DNA of 64,000 nt from Candidatus Aenigmatarchaeota archaeon. Lineage in GTDB: Archaea > Aenigmatarchaeota > Aenigmatarchaeia > QMZP01. The notes beneath the pieces were generated by a model, which did not search any database, had not been told where the DNA came from, and saw nothing but the letters and a program-made list of their open reading frames with translations. The position numbers and the translations under genes are program-made. The stretch's first letter is position 1. Each line of letters opens with the position of its first letter. The stretch is taken from contig JACQII010000016.1 of NCBI GenBank assembly GCA_016198585.1, positions 21,078-85,077 of the forward strand, written 5' to 3'. Positions 38,003-47,164 of the stretch are shown here, in pieces.

Positions 38003-38577
38003 ACCGGCTCGCCTCCGATGCTCGTGAAGAGGGCCACGATCTTAGACTCGGTCTCGAACTTCTCCAGGAATTCGCGCAGCTCGCTCTTCAGCTCGACGAC
38101 GTCGCGCCAGTACTGGACGTTCTCGTTCCTTTTCTCTTTGCGGAGCACGGACATGTCCATCTTCAGGTTCCGCCGCTCGTTGAGGTCAGCGGCCCGGGCC
38201 GCCATCTCTTGCTTCTCGCGGACGTCCTGGTCGATCTCCTCCATCATCTGGCGGTGGATCGTCTCCCGGAGGGCCAGCGAGCCTTGGATCTCCTCGATGC
38301 GCGTCTTCAGGAAGCCGACGCGGTCGAAAATGCTGCCGATCACCTCGGCGCCGATGAGCTTGAGCGGCTTGATCGCCGTCTCTTCCAGACGAGGCATGGT
38401 CTGGGGGACCTCGCGAATGATCTCGCGGGCCTCTTTCTCCGGCCGCAGCGGCTTCTCCTCGAACAGTGGCCGCTCCGTCCCCTGGAACTCCAGGTCATAC
38501 TCCCGGAGCTTCCGCTCGCGGTACTCGTTCTCGGTGTCGAACTTGGCTCCGGTTTCGGGCGGCTTGTATTTCGGCAT
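37999..38577 (-). CDS. Coiled-coil hypothetical protein translationally coupled to the ATPase
   Basis: Charged heptad-rich 192 aa; stop overlaps the ATPase start. Confidence 0.65.
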   Translation of the reverse strand: MPKYKPPETGAKFDTENEYRERKLREYDLEFQGTERPLFEEKPLRPEKEAREIIREVPQTMPRLEETAIKPLKLIGAEVIGSIFDRVGFLKTRIEEIQGSLALRETIHRQMMEEIDQDVREKQEMAARAADLNERRNLKMDMSVLRKEKRNENVQYWRDVVELKSELREFLEKFETESKIVALFTSIGGEPV

Positions 38578-38817
38578 CGTTCCTCTTCTGCCTCGCGGTC
38601 GCGGGCGCTTCTCCCCTGACCCAGGGAGCGCACTTTCGCCGCCGCACGAGGAAAGTCTTCAGGTCGGCGACAAAAGACACCCTGGGTCTGACTTGCGTAT
38701 TCCTTGGCGCTGAAGCTAATAAAGGGCGGTCTCTCCGGAACCAGAGCGCCACCGGGAACCGGCCAAGCTATTTATGTCTGCGCACTAACAGGAGCCTATA
38801 AGAGTTTTGTGAGTGCC

Positions 38818-39447
38818 ATGGTGTTCCGAGGCCTGAAAAAGATGCTCACCCGCATCTCCGCCCTGTTCAAGAAGCGGGGGGAAGTCAAGATCGGCCTCTA
38901 CGGGCCCGTGAACTCAGGCAAGACCACCCTCGCTAACCGCATCTGCAAGGACTGGATCGGCCAGGAGATGGGCACAGCCTCGATCATCCCCCACGAGACC
39001 CGCGAGATCCAGATGAAGGAGAAGGTTACCATCAAGCGCGGCAAGAAGTCGCTCATGTTCAACCTCGTCGACACTCCTGGGATCGCCACCAAGATCGATT
39101 ACGAAGACTTCCTAAAGCACGGCCTCGGGAAGAAGCAGGCGAAGACCCGGGCGCGGGAAGCCACCAAAGGCGTGATCGAGGCCATCAAGTGGCTGGACGA
39201 CATGGACCTGGTCCTGGTCGTCCTGGACTCCACGCAGGATCCGCTCACCCAGGTGAACCTCACCATCCTCGGCAACCTCGACGCACGCGGCATCCCCTTC
39301 CTGATCGTGGCCAACAAGGCCGACAAGGGCGACCACCACACGAAGAAGGTCAAGGAAGCGTTCCAGAGCTACAAGACCGTCGCCGTCTCCGCGAAGGACG
39401 GCATCAACATTGAGGGCCTGTACGACGCCCTCCTGGAGCAGCTATGA
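38818..39447 (+). CDS. oapA: Era-like small GTPase OapA
   Basis: GPVNSGKTTLANRI, PHETR, DTPG, ANKAD, SAK; followed by DUF2073 and Zn-ribbon genes. Confidence 0.82.
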   Translation: MVFRGLKKMLTRISALFKKRGEVKIGLYGPVNSGKTTLANRICKDWIGQEMGTASIIPHETREIQMKEKVTIKRGKKSLMFNLVDTPGIATKIDYEDFLKHGLGKKQAKTRAREATKGVIEAIKWLDDMDLVLVVLDSTQDPLTQVNLTILGNLDARGIPFLIVANKADKGDHHTKKVKEAFQSYKTVAVSAKDGINIEGLYDALLEQL

Positions 39448-39472
39448 TCCCCGAGACAGGCAAGGAGCCGGC

Positions 39473-39814
39473 ATGATCAAGATCAAGCTCCTCCCCTACG
39501 AGAGCGTCCGCGGCGATTTCAAGAAGGTCTTCAAGGCCCTCCAGGACGACCACATCGTCCTCATCGACGCGAAGCTCGACCCCGACCAGGAGGCCGGCCT
39601 GATCAAGGACACGATGGAGCGTTTCTCCGACCGGTTCGCCGGCATCGAGCTCTCCTCGCTCGAGAGCCCACTCCAGACCGGTGGGCTGGACAAGGTGAAG
39701 TCTGCCCTCGCCGAGATGCTCACCGGCAAGAAGCGCGGCTTCACCATCATCGGGCCAGCCAGCATCGTGCGCAAGATCAAGAAGAACCCGCAAGAACTGC
39801 TCGTGTATATGTGA
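39473..39814 (+). CDS. oapB: DUF2073 family protein OapB
   Basis: LDPDQEAGLIKDTM...FAGIEL...GFTIIGPA pattern; operon context. Confidence 0.75.
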   Translation: MIKIKLLPYESVRGDFKKVFKALQDDHIVLIDAKLDPDQEAGLIKDTMERFSDRFAGIELSSLESPLQTGGLDKVKSALAEMLTGKKRGFTIIGPASIVRKIKKNPQELLVYM

Positions 39815-39872
39815 CCGCCCTCCCGGGGGCCAGGGCGCGCGCCAATAAATAGCTTCTTTCCCAACTATCCTC

Positions 39873-40277
39873 ATGCCGAACAAGTGCACGCACTGCGGGA
39901 CCGTCCACCCGGACGACGCCACCTACCTGCTGTCGGGATGCAGCCAGTGCGGCTCGAAGTTCTTCTTCTACGTGCGCCAGGACGTGCTGGAAAGGATCGA
40001 GAAGGAGGTCGAGGAGATCACCCAGGACCAGATCAAGGAGATCGAGCAGGACGTCCGTGAGATCGCTGGCGTCGAGGACGAGACCGTCATTCTCGACCTC
40101 GAGGCCATCCGCGTGGTGCAGCCAGGGAAGTACAAGATCGATGTCACCACCCTCTTCAACCAACGCCCGCTCGTCATCCGGACCGGCGAGGGCAAGTACA
40201 AGCTCGACCTCTCGACCATCAGCCGCCAAAAGGACAGGAAAACCCCGGCGCCGCAGTCCGAGGAGAAGGATGAGTAG
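39873..40277 (+). CDS. oapC: Zn-ribbon protein OapC
   Basis: MPNKCTHCG...LSGCSQCGSKFFFY; GKYKID motifs. Confidence 0.8.
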   Translation: MPNKCTHCGTVHPDDATYLLSGCSQCGSKFFFYVRQDVLERIEKEVEEITQDQIKEIEQDVREIAGVEDETVILDLEAIRVVQPGKYKIDVTTLFNQRPLVIRTGEGKYKLDLSTISRQKDRKTPAPQSEEKDE

Positions 40278-40369
40278 CGGCCACGACGCGGCGCAACGCC
40301 CAGGATGCTGAAAACGTTTATAAAGGCTGGCGCCTATTATATTCAAAACTCATTCTCACCGTGAACCAT

Positions 40370-40999
40370 ATGATGGACGAGATCAAGCAACTCAAGACCG
40401 GCACCACCACCGTAGGCGTCGTGTGTTCGGACGGCATTGTCATCGCCGCCGAGCGGAAGGCCACGATGGGCTACCTGGTCGCGAGCAAGAAGACCGAGAA
40501 GATCAGGAAGATCGCCGACCACATGGGCATGACCATTGCCGGATCGGTCGGCGACGCCCAAGCCCTGGAACGGTACATCAAGGCAGAGGTCAAACTCTAC
40601 AACCTCAAGGAGGAGCGCCGCATCGACGTCGCTGCTGCTGCTCACCTCATCGCCAACATCCTCTACGCCCGGCGCTACTACCCCTACTACGTCCAGCTGA
40701 TCGTGGGCGGCTACGACAAGAAGCCGCAGCTCTTCTCCTTCGCGCCCGACGGGTCGGTGATCGAGGAGGACGAGTTCTACTCGTCCGGTTCGGGAAGCCC
40801 GATGGCCTTCGGCGTCCTGGAGAATGATTACCACAAGGGCCTCACCACCGACGAAGCCAAGCGCCTGGTCGTCCGGGCGATCCGGGCTGCGGTCCAGCGG
40901 GACATCGCCTCCGGCGGGAGCGGCATCGACGTCGCGATCATCGACGCGAAGGGCTTCCGCAAGGTCCCGGACGGCGAGGTCCAGCAGCTGGCGAAGTAG
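40370..40999 (+). CDS. psmB: Proteasome beta subunit
   Basis: KTG|TTTVG propeptide cleavage site, AERKAT, GSVGDAQ, SSGSGS, RDIASG. Confidence 0.95.
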   Translation: MMDEIKQLKTGTTTVGVVCSDGIVIAAERKATMGYLVASKKTEKIRKIADHMGMTIAGSVGDAQALERYIKAEVKLYNLKEERRIDVAAAAHLIANILYARRYYPYYVQLIVGGYDKKPQLFSFAPDGSVIEEDEFYSSGSGSPMAFGVLENDYHKGLTTDEAKRLVVRAIRAAVQRDIASGGSGIDVAIIDAKGFRKVPDGEVQQLAK

Positions 41000-41032
41000 C
41001 CCCTGACCCCCCGCACTGGGCCATTGATCCTT

Positions 41033-42901
41033 ATGTCTACGATCCTCAAGGAGCTGGCGAAGAAGCTGCCGGCCGATGCGGACATCTCCGAAGTCAAGTT
41101 CGAGGCCTCGGACATCGTCCTGTACACGCGGAACAAGGAGTTCTTCCAGAACGGCGAACCGGCCATCAAGTCGATCGTCCGCGAGCTGAAGAAGCGCATG
41201 GAACTCCGGCCAGACCTCTCGATCACCCTCGACCCCGAGAAGACCAAGGAGATCGTCCAGCAGCTCGTCCCTGCTGAAGCGGGGATCCAGGCCATCTACT
41301 TCGAACCCGAGCTCGGGAAGGTCATCATCGAGTGCGACAAGCCCGGCCTGGTCATCGGCAAGGGCGGCGAGACCTACCGCGAGATCAAGGCCAAGACCTG
41401 CTGGCTGCCCAAGATCGAGCGCGCCCCGGGGATGAAATCCACGGTCGTCCGGGCCGTCCGCAACCTCCTGCACTCGGAGATCGAGTACCGCAAGAAGTTC
41501 CTCAACAAGGTCGGCCAGAAGATCGCCACCGAGGTCGACCTCAGCGACGACTGGGCCCGCCTCTCCTGCCTCGGGGCGTCTCGCCAGGTCGGCCGGAGCA
41601 GCTTCCTGCTCCAGACCAAGCACTCCAACGTGATGCTCGACTGCGGCATCGTGCCCGGGACCGGGGAGTTCCCGCTGTTCAACGCGCCCGAGTACAACCT
41701 CGACAACCTCGACGCGGTCGTGCTCTCGCACTCGCACATCGACCACGGCGCCCTGATCCCGTTCCTCTACGAGCAGGGCTTCACCGGCCCGATGTATGCG
41801 ACTGCGCCGACCCGGGACACCATCGTGCTGCTCTGCCTGGACTACATCGACATCTGCCAGAAGAACGGCAAGACCCCGCCCTACTCCAAGAAGGCGGTGG
41901 AAAAGATGGTCAAACACTCGATCGCCCTGGACTACGGCGAGGTCTCCGACATCACGCCCGACATCCGGCTCACCCTCCAGCCCGCGGGCCACCTCCTGGG
42001 GAGTTCGCTCGTCCACCTCCACATCGGGGAAGGCCTGCACAACATCCTCTACACCGGCGACTTCAAGTACGGCCCCACCCGGCTGTTCGACCCGGCTTGG
42101 ACCGACTTCCAGCGCATCGAGACCCTCGTGATGGAGTCGACCTACGGGTCGGCCCGGGACATGCTCCCGCCGCGCCAGGAAGTGGAGCGGTCGCTCATGG
42201 ATCTCATCACCCGGACGGTCGAGCGCGGCGGGAAGGCCCTGGTCCCCAGCTTCGCGGTCGGCCGCGGGCAGGAGGTCATGGCGATCCTCGAGGCCCACAA
42301 CTTCCAGCACCCGGTCTGGATGGAAGGCATGGTCTGGGACGCGACCGCGATCCACACCGCCTACCCCGAATTCCTCTCGCAGCAGATGCAGCGGAACATC
42401 TTCCGCTACGGCCGGAACCCGTTCGTCAACGACATGTTCAAGCACGTCGCTCCCAAGGAAAGGGACGGCATCATCGACTCGGCCGAACCCGGCGTCATCA
42501 TCGCCACCTCGGGCATGCTGATCGGCGGGCCGGCGATCGAATACCTGAAGGGGCTGGCGCCGAACCCGAAGAACTCCCTGGTCTTCGTGGGCTGGCAGCA
42601 TCCGGCGACCCTCGGGTCGCGCATCCAGAAGGGCTGGAAGGAGATCCCCATCGAGGCCCCCGGCGGCCGCATGCGCGGCCTGAAGATCGAGATGGAGGTC
42701 GGCACGATCCATGGGATGACCGGCCACTCCGGCCGGCAGGAACTGGTCAACTTCGTGCGCCGCCTGAGCTCGAAGCCCGAACGCATCGCGGTCGTCCACG
42801 GCGACGCCAAGAAGTGCCAGGAGCTCGCGCGCGACCTGCACTCGTACTTCCGGGCAGACGCCTTCGCGCCCCGGCCCATGGACGCGATCCGGCTGAAGTG
42901 A
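41033..42901 (+). CDS. aCPSF1/FttA beta-CASP ribonuclease with KH domains
   Basis: KPGLVIGKGG KH motif; LSHSHIDH metallo-beta-lactamase motif, AGHLLGS, MESTYG, GHSG; conserved psmB linkage. Confidence 0.95.
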   Translation: MSTILKELAKKLPADADISEVKFEASDIVLYTRNKEFFQNGEPAIKSIVRELKKRMELRPDLSITLDPEKTKEIVQQLVPAEAGIQAIYFEPELGKVIIECDKPGLVIGKGGETYREIKAKTCWLPKIERAPGMKSTVVRAVRNLLHSEIEYRKKFLNKVGQKIATEVDLSDDWARLSCLGASRQVGRSSFLLQTKHSNVMLDCGIVPGTGEFPLFNAPEYNLDNLDAVVLSHSHIDHGALIPFLYEQGFTGPMYATAPTRDTIVLLCLDYIDICQKNGKTPPYSKKAVEKMVKHSIALDYGEVSDITPDIRLTLQPAGHLLGSSLVHLHIGEGLHNILYTGDFKYGPTRLFDPAWTDFQRIETLVMESTYGSARDMLPPRQEVERSLMDLITRTVERGGKALVPSFAVGRGQEVMAILEAHNFQHPVWMEGMVWDATAIHTAYPEFLSQQMQRNIFRYGRNPFVNDMFKHVAPKERDGIIDSAEPGVIIATSGMLIGGPAIEYLKGLAPNPKNSLVFVGWQHPATLGSRIQKGWKEIPIEAPGGRMRGLKIEMEVGTIHGMTGHSGRQELVNFVRRLSSKPERIAVVHGDAKKCQELARDLHSYFRADAFAPRPMDAIRLK

Positions 42902-42974
42902 GGGCAGTGGGTCCCCTGCATCTGCAATCAGGGCTTTCCCCGTGGAAAGCAAAAAACGGAAAAAAGAAACCAGG

Positions 42975-43316
42975 TTAGCGCTCGACGTTGACCGTGTCAG
43001 GCGTCAGGATCAGCCAGTCCTGCTCGATGCCGGCAATGTCGCCGTTGTTGGCCATGACGGCTTTCTTCAGCTTCTCGACCGCCCGCTTAAGCTCGCCGAT
43101 GTCTTTCTCGCGCAGTCCCTTGATCTTGAGGAACACGACGTTCCCCTTCCGGATCGACCGGAGGATGCGCTCGCTGTCTGCGAACTCGTTCAGGCGCTCG
43201 ATGGTGATGCCCGTGCGGCCGGAGGGCGCGTTGACGTCAGTGATGTCCACCTCGACGTACGATCCCTCTTCCTGCATGGGTTCTTGGTACTCGTTGCCGA
43301 AAAGTTTGATCTTCAT
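42975..43316 (-). CDS. sepF: Archaeal SepF (FtsZ anchor)
   Basis: IRKGNVVFLKI, LKRAVEKLK...GDIAG...LILTP; GGAGGT SD. Confidence 0.82.
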   Translation of the reverse strand: MKIKLFGNEYQEPMQEEGSYVEVDITDVNAPSGRTGITIERLNEFADSERILRSIRKGNVVFLKIKGLREKDIGELKRAVEKLKKAVMANNGDIAGIEQDWLILTPDTVNVER

Positions 43317-43429
43317 GATTACCTCCCGTCTCAACCGCTGCGGATGCAGTGTATACTTAATGGGCGCGCAGTTTTATAAGCTTTCGAGCAGCAGCTCTTT
43401 TCCCAAAAGGGCTGGCGCGCCGGCCGGAC

Positions 43430-43669
43430 TCACTTGCGCATCGCGACTTCCAGGGCAGAGACCGTGTTCCAGATCGCTGTCCGCGCCCCCATGGTGAGGT
43501 TGGGATTGGTGGAAGCCTCGTCCAGGATGAAGAGGATCTGGGACAGGCCGTCGTCGGGCGACCGCTGCAGCTGGGCGAGGTAGCTCTCCAGCTCGTCTTT
43601 CACCCTCCGAGGGATGCCGTGATCGGACAATATCCCCCCCACCAACGTGATGATCTCCTGCCTGTCCAT
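43430..43669 (-). CDS. UPF0147 family protein
   Basis: DHGIPRRVK...LDEASTNPNL...RTAIWNTVSALE. Confidence 0.8.
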   Translation of the reverse strand: MDRQEIITLVGGILSDHGIPRRVKDELESYLAQLQRSPDDGLSQILFILDEASTNPNLTMGARTAIWNTVSALEVAMRK

Positions 43670-43690
43670 CTGATGACCCGTGCAACCCGT

Positions 43691-44014
43691 TTATCCTGCT
43701 TTGGTGAGCCGCTCGCGCAGCTCGTCGACTTTCGTCTTGATCTTGTGCTCGCTCTTCTCCAGGACTTGCAGCCGCGTGTGGATGAGCTCTTTCTTCTCGG
43801 CCATGTCCTTCTGGACCTCTTCCCGGTCACTTTTCAAAATGAGCGGCCCGGCGATCTTGTAGACCTCCTTGCTCGCGGTCTTCTCGAGCTCGTCCAACGC
43901 GCTGGAGATCTCCATCAGCTGCATGTTGAGCGCCTCCTTCTGGGCGGCGATGCCCTGCATCTGCTGCTGGTAGAGGGCTGCCTGGCTGAGAAGTTGCTGT
44001 GACTGGTCGGTCAT
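43691..44014 (-). CDS. pfdB: Prefoldin beta subunit
   Basis: QQQMQ...ALDELEK...VYKIAGPLILK coiled-coil/hairpin; superoperon position. Confidence 0.9.
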   Translation of the reverse strand: MTDQSQQLLSQAALYQQQMQGIAAQKEALNMQLMEISSALDELEKTASKEVYKIAGPLILKSDREEVQKDMAEKKELIHTRLQVLEKSEHKIKTKVDELRERLTKAG

Positions 44015-44081
44015 AGCTACTATATGGCGATGGTCTATTTATAGGGCTCGCCAGAAACTGGCCGCAAAAGAACCTGGTCGT

Positions 44082-44222
44082 TCACACCGCGGAGAGCCGC
44101 TTCGCCACGGGCGGGCGCAGCTTTTCCAGGATTCGGTAGCCGCAGTAGCTGCATTGGATTTTCTTCGCGGCCTTGAGGTCCAAGTCGACCTGTTTCCCGC
44201 AATTCAAGCACTGGTAGGACAT
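44082..44222 (-). CDS. rpoP: RNA polymerase subunit Rpo12 (P)
   Basis: Below the ORF-track cutoff. Translates as MSYQCLNCGKQVDLDLKAAKKIQCSYCGYRILEKLRPPVAKRLSAV. Confidence 0.92.
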   Translation of the reverse strand: MSYQCLNCGKQVDLDLKAAKKIQCSYCGYRILEKLRPPVAKRLSAV

Positions 44223-44233
44223 ATCCTTCCTTC

Positions 44234-44446
44234 TCACGCGGGTTTATAAGCCTTGCCGGCGAACTTCCGGCCGCACTTGCCGCACTGCCAGATGCCCGCC
44301 GAGACCCGATTCACGGAGAAGCGGAGGCAGGCGTCGCACTTGTGGGAGATGGTCAGGCCTTCCGTGGCCTTGATCACCCGCTCCTTGATCATCCGGCCGT
44401 AGCGCACGCCATATTTCCCGGTGATGCCGACCTTTTTCGTGGCCAT
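44234..44446 (-). CDS. rpl37ae: 50S ribosomal protein L37Ae (eL43)
   Basis: GKYGVRYG, CxxC, RVSAGIWQCGKC. Confidence 0.93.
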   Translation of the reverse strand: MATKKVGITGKYGVRYGRMIKERVIKATEGLTISHKCDACLRFSVNRVSAGIWQCGKCGRKFAGKAYKPA

Positions 44447-44447
44447 A

Positions 44448-45224
44448 TCAGATCAGCGCGCGGAGCTCCTTGCCTTTCGCGAGCGACCACTGGATGGCCT
44501 GCTCGACCTCTTCGAGCGTGAACGGCTCCGCCTCGCCTTTCTGGAGGGCGGCGACGTGGCCGTCGTCCATGGTGCTCACGGTGAGCCGGGCGGTGGCGGC
44601 GTCCTCCTCCTCGCGGGTCGGGTCGACCAGGAGGTAGGCGGGCTGCCTGCCGATCTTATGGACGGTGACGGCAATGGGCGTGGCGGTCATCGGCAGCTTC
44701 TCCGTCGTCTTGGTGAACCAGTCCACCCGGGTCCCGTCGTAGGCCGGGAAGACCGCGTAGCTCAGTGCAGCGATGGAGGCGAGCGAGCAGGCGTCGATCA
44801 GGTTGCCGTCGTGGTTGAGGATCTGGAGGTCGATGAACACGGTCCAGACCTTCTCCTTGGGCGTGATGCAGAGCTTCTTGGCGTCGATCGCCCCCGATTC
44901 TCGAATCCCGCGGTCGACGACCCGGGACAGCTCAATGGCGTTCTCCCGCGGCGGCCCCAGCTCGAAGTCCGGGGAAGCGATCGGCGACAGCTCAGCCGAG
45001 ACGATGAGCGTCCCCTCGTCGGGTTTGTCCGGGAACGGCGTCCCGACGTCGAGTTTGACGCCGGCGATCACCTCTGTGTTGCCCATCCGTACCCGGGCCG
45101 ACCCTTCGGCCTTGCTGATGGGGTTCTTCTCGATCGTGACCGGCCTGAAGTCCGCGAGGCCGCGCTTGTCGAGCCGCGTCCCCTTGGCCGCGAGCCCGAT
45201 CATGTACTCTTCCTGGAGATTCAT
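44448..45224 (-). CDS. rrp42: Exosome subunit Rrp42
   Basis: RLDKRGLADFR, AEGSA, PFPDKPDEG, ELSRVVDRGIRES, HDGNLIDA. Confidence 0.95.
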   Translation of the reverse strand: MNLQEEYMIGLAAKGTRLDKRGLADFRPVTIEKNPISKAEGSARVRMGNTEVIAGVKLDVGTPFPDKPDEGTLIVSAELSPIASPDFELGPPRENAIELSRVVDRGIRESGAIDAKKLCITPKEKVWTVFIDLQILNHDGNLIDACSLASIAALSYAVFPAYDGTRVDWFTKTTEKLPMTATPIAVTVHKIGRQPAYLLVDPTREEEDAATARLTVSTMDDGHVAALQKGEAEPFTLEEVEQAIQWSLAKGKELRALI

Positions 45225-45901
45225 AGTTTCCACCTCTTCCGGAGGGCTTCGACCTGGAGGGCGTAGATCTTCTCGCAGCCCTGGAGCGACAGCTGGATAA
45301 TGCCCTTGATGTCCTGGGGCGGCAGGTCGCCGTCCATCTGGAGCAGCGTGATCTTCTTCGTGCGGGGCATGCAGGCGATCGGCATGTCCGCCGCGGTCGC
45401 CTCTTCCTCCTTGCCGGCGAGGTCGAGGACGTAGTGGTCGCCGATCTTGCCCGACGCGACCGAAGCGACGAGGTCGCGCATCGGGATGCCCGCGTCGGCG
45501 AGCGCGACCGAGGCCGCGTTGATGCCCGCGGTCCTGGTCCCGGCGTCTGCCTGGATGATGTTGATGAACACGTCGATGACGGTCTTCGGGAACTCCTCCA
45601 GGAAGATCGCGGGCTGCAGCGCGTGGGTCGTGACTAGTGAGATTTCAGTCGACCGACGGGAGGGACCTGGCCGCACGCGCTCGTCGGTGGAGAAGGGGAC
45701 CATCTGGTAGACGCAACGGAGGACGCCCCGGTCAGACCGTTGCTTGTGCTTCGGGAGGTATTCTCGCGGGCCGTAGACCCCGGCAACTGCCACGGTCCTG
45801 CCCATGCGCACCATGGCCGACCCATCTGCATTTTTGATCACGCCGGCGACGATCTCCATCGGCCGGATTTCGTCGACCTTGCGGCCGTCGTCGCGCTTCA
45901 T
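45221..45901 (-). CDS. rrp41: Exosome subunit Rrp41
   Basis: RDDGRKVDEIRP, GVYGPRE, PFSTDER, QADAGTR. Confidence 0.95.
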   Translation of the reverse strand: MKRDDGRKVDEIRPMEIVAGVIKNADGSAMVRMGRTVAVAGVYGPREYLPKHKQRSDRGVLRCVYQMVPFSTDERVRPGPSRRSTEISLVTTHALQPAIFLEEFPKTVIDVFINIIQADAGTRTAGINAASVALADAGIPMRDLVASVASGKIGDHYVLDLAGKEEEATAADMPIACMPRTKKITLLQMDGDLPPQDIKGIIQLSLQGCEKIYALQVEALRKRWKL

Positions 45902-46602
45902 TCCAGGACCTCCTGGCTCTCCTGACTCTTGTCAATCGTGACGCCGAGCATGGCCGAGATCTTGTCCGTCAGCCCTTCGGCAGCGGCCTCGCGCTCAATG
46001 AGTCCGATCACCTCGATGCACTTCTCCATGCCCTCGCCCTCGAGCCAGATCAGGCCGTTCTGGCCGGCGTTGATCTTGCAGCCCGTCCCGTCCTTGATGA
46101 TGTTGATCATCGAGCCCTGCTTGCCGATCAGGCGGGGGACCTTGGTCGGACTGATCCGCACGAGGCGGCCGCCGTGGAACTTGCGGGCCTTGATGTCCTG
46201 CATGGACAGGTAGATAGACGTCCCCTGAAGGCCGTTGACTTTCGCGTAGATGATGTCGCCGACGTCATAGTAGCGGTTGAGGCTGGTTTTCCGGGTGTCG
46301 ATGTACTCCTTCACCCCGGCGAGGGGGAGGAACGCGTCGGACGGAGCGTGCACGTCAACCACCCAGCCGTTGTTCTGGATGTCGGTGACCTTGCCGATGA
46401 CCATGTCGCCTTCGCGCGGGATGTAGGCCCCGCTCAACGGGACGACAGAGATCGCGCGGCCGTTGATGCTGACCAGGCCGACCCGCTTCGAGAGGATAGC
46501 CTCATTCTCGCGGAACGTGTTCCGGCCAGGGAGGAACTCCATCGATTCGACAATGATGTCTCCCGGGATGACCACATCCCGCTCCTTCTTGAGCAATTCC
46601 AT
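45898..46602 (-). CDS. rrp4: Exosome RNA-binding subunit Rrp4
   Basis: VIPGD, YIPREGDMVIG S1 domain, KVPRLIGKQGSM KH domain, GQNGLIW. Confidence 0.95.
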   Translation of the reverse strand: MELLKKERDVVIPGDIIVESMEFLPGRNTFRENEAILSKRVGLVSINGRAISVVPLSGAYIPREGDMVIGKVTDIQNNGWVVDVHAPSDAFLPLAGVKEYIDTRKTSLNRYYDVGDIIYAKVNGLQGTSIYLSMQDIKARKFHGGRLVRISPTKVPRLIGKQGSMINIIKDGTGCKINAGQNGLIWLEGEGMEKCIEVIGLIEREAAAEGLTDKISAMLGVTIDKSQESQEVLE

Positions 46603-46789
46603 GATGTCTCCATGTGCGGGTTCTTGATGATGTACAGAGAGAAAGCACTCCCGCACGTCTTTTATTTTCTCCTGTCTTGAGCGGATATAGGGGGTTTGGG
46701 TATTTAAAGGTTGCTGTCCCCCGGACGCCGGCGCGCCGGCCGGGAGGTCCGGTCCGACAACGTCAGGTTCATGACGCCGACCGCAAGCG

Positions 46790-46801
46790 TATATAAAGTT
46801 T
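46790..46801 (+). promoter_or_regulatory. Archaeal TATA box facing into the island
   Basis: TATATAAAG with purine-containing upstream flank (CGCAAG); ~200 nt before the first island ORF. Confidence 0.55.
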
Positions 46802-46999
46802 CATGGGTAACAGAAATATCCACTCGGGGATAGTGAAACCGATGTGCATCGCTCATGTTCCCACACCATTCACGTCGCGCTGAGCATCCGCTGAGCGTTC
46901 CCGCACGGGCACAGGTCCTGCGCAGTTGAACTGCTCCCCACCTGGACCGCCGAGAAGACTCCCGCGCGACAGGTCCCTGTCTTTCGTGAGCACCATACC

Positions 47000-47152
47000 A
47001 TGAGTCCGCGTTCCCGGCTCGTGTGCTGGATCCTCTTCTGCCTGTTCTGCTTCGGGTTCCACTGGTGGGCAGTCGTCTACGGCTGGCTCATCCACACGGC
47101 GACCGTCGACCTGGACGCCGACCAGGAACCTCCTCCCCCGTCCACCGAGTGA
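47000..47152 (+). CDS. Small membrane protein (50 aa)
   Basis: Below the ORF-track cutoff. MSPRSRLVCWILFCLFCFGFHWWAVVYGWLIHTATVDLDADQEPPPPSTE; its stop abuts the SD of the next gene. Confidence 0.5.
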   Translation: MSPRSRLVCWILFCLFCFGFHWWAVVYGWLIHTATVDLDADQEPPPPSTE

Positions 47153-47164
47153 AAGGAGTTGCCC

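Noticed and set aside
33776-38600. Integrated element at tRNA-Gly spanning the IS-like gene, the gap and the HerA pair
   Set aside because: No duplicate of the tRNA 3' end (attR) and no integrase found.
38648-38657. GAGGAAAGTC resembling RNase P CR-I
   Set aside because: No matching CR-V (ACAGAA...GGCUUA) or P4 partner downstream, and the space is short and contains promoter-like elements.
40343-42952. 869-aa minus-strand ORF, and similar long antisense ORFs (51904-54174, 55104-57800, 13693-15000, 11292-12599)
   Set aside because: They are shadows of well-identified genes on the opposite strand; high GC3 suppresses stop codons in these frames, and the translations have no motifs.
46794-46820. 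TAAAGTTT as a sigma28 -35 element for the island sigma factor
   Set aside because: No GCCGATAA-like -10 at the required spacing; the overlap with an archaeal TATA box explains it more simply.
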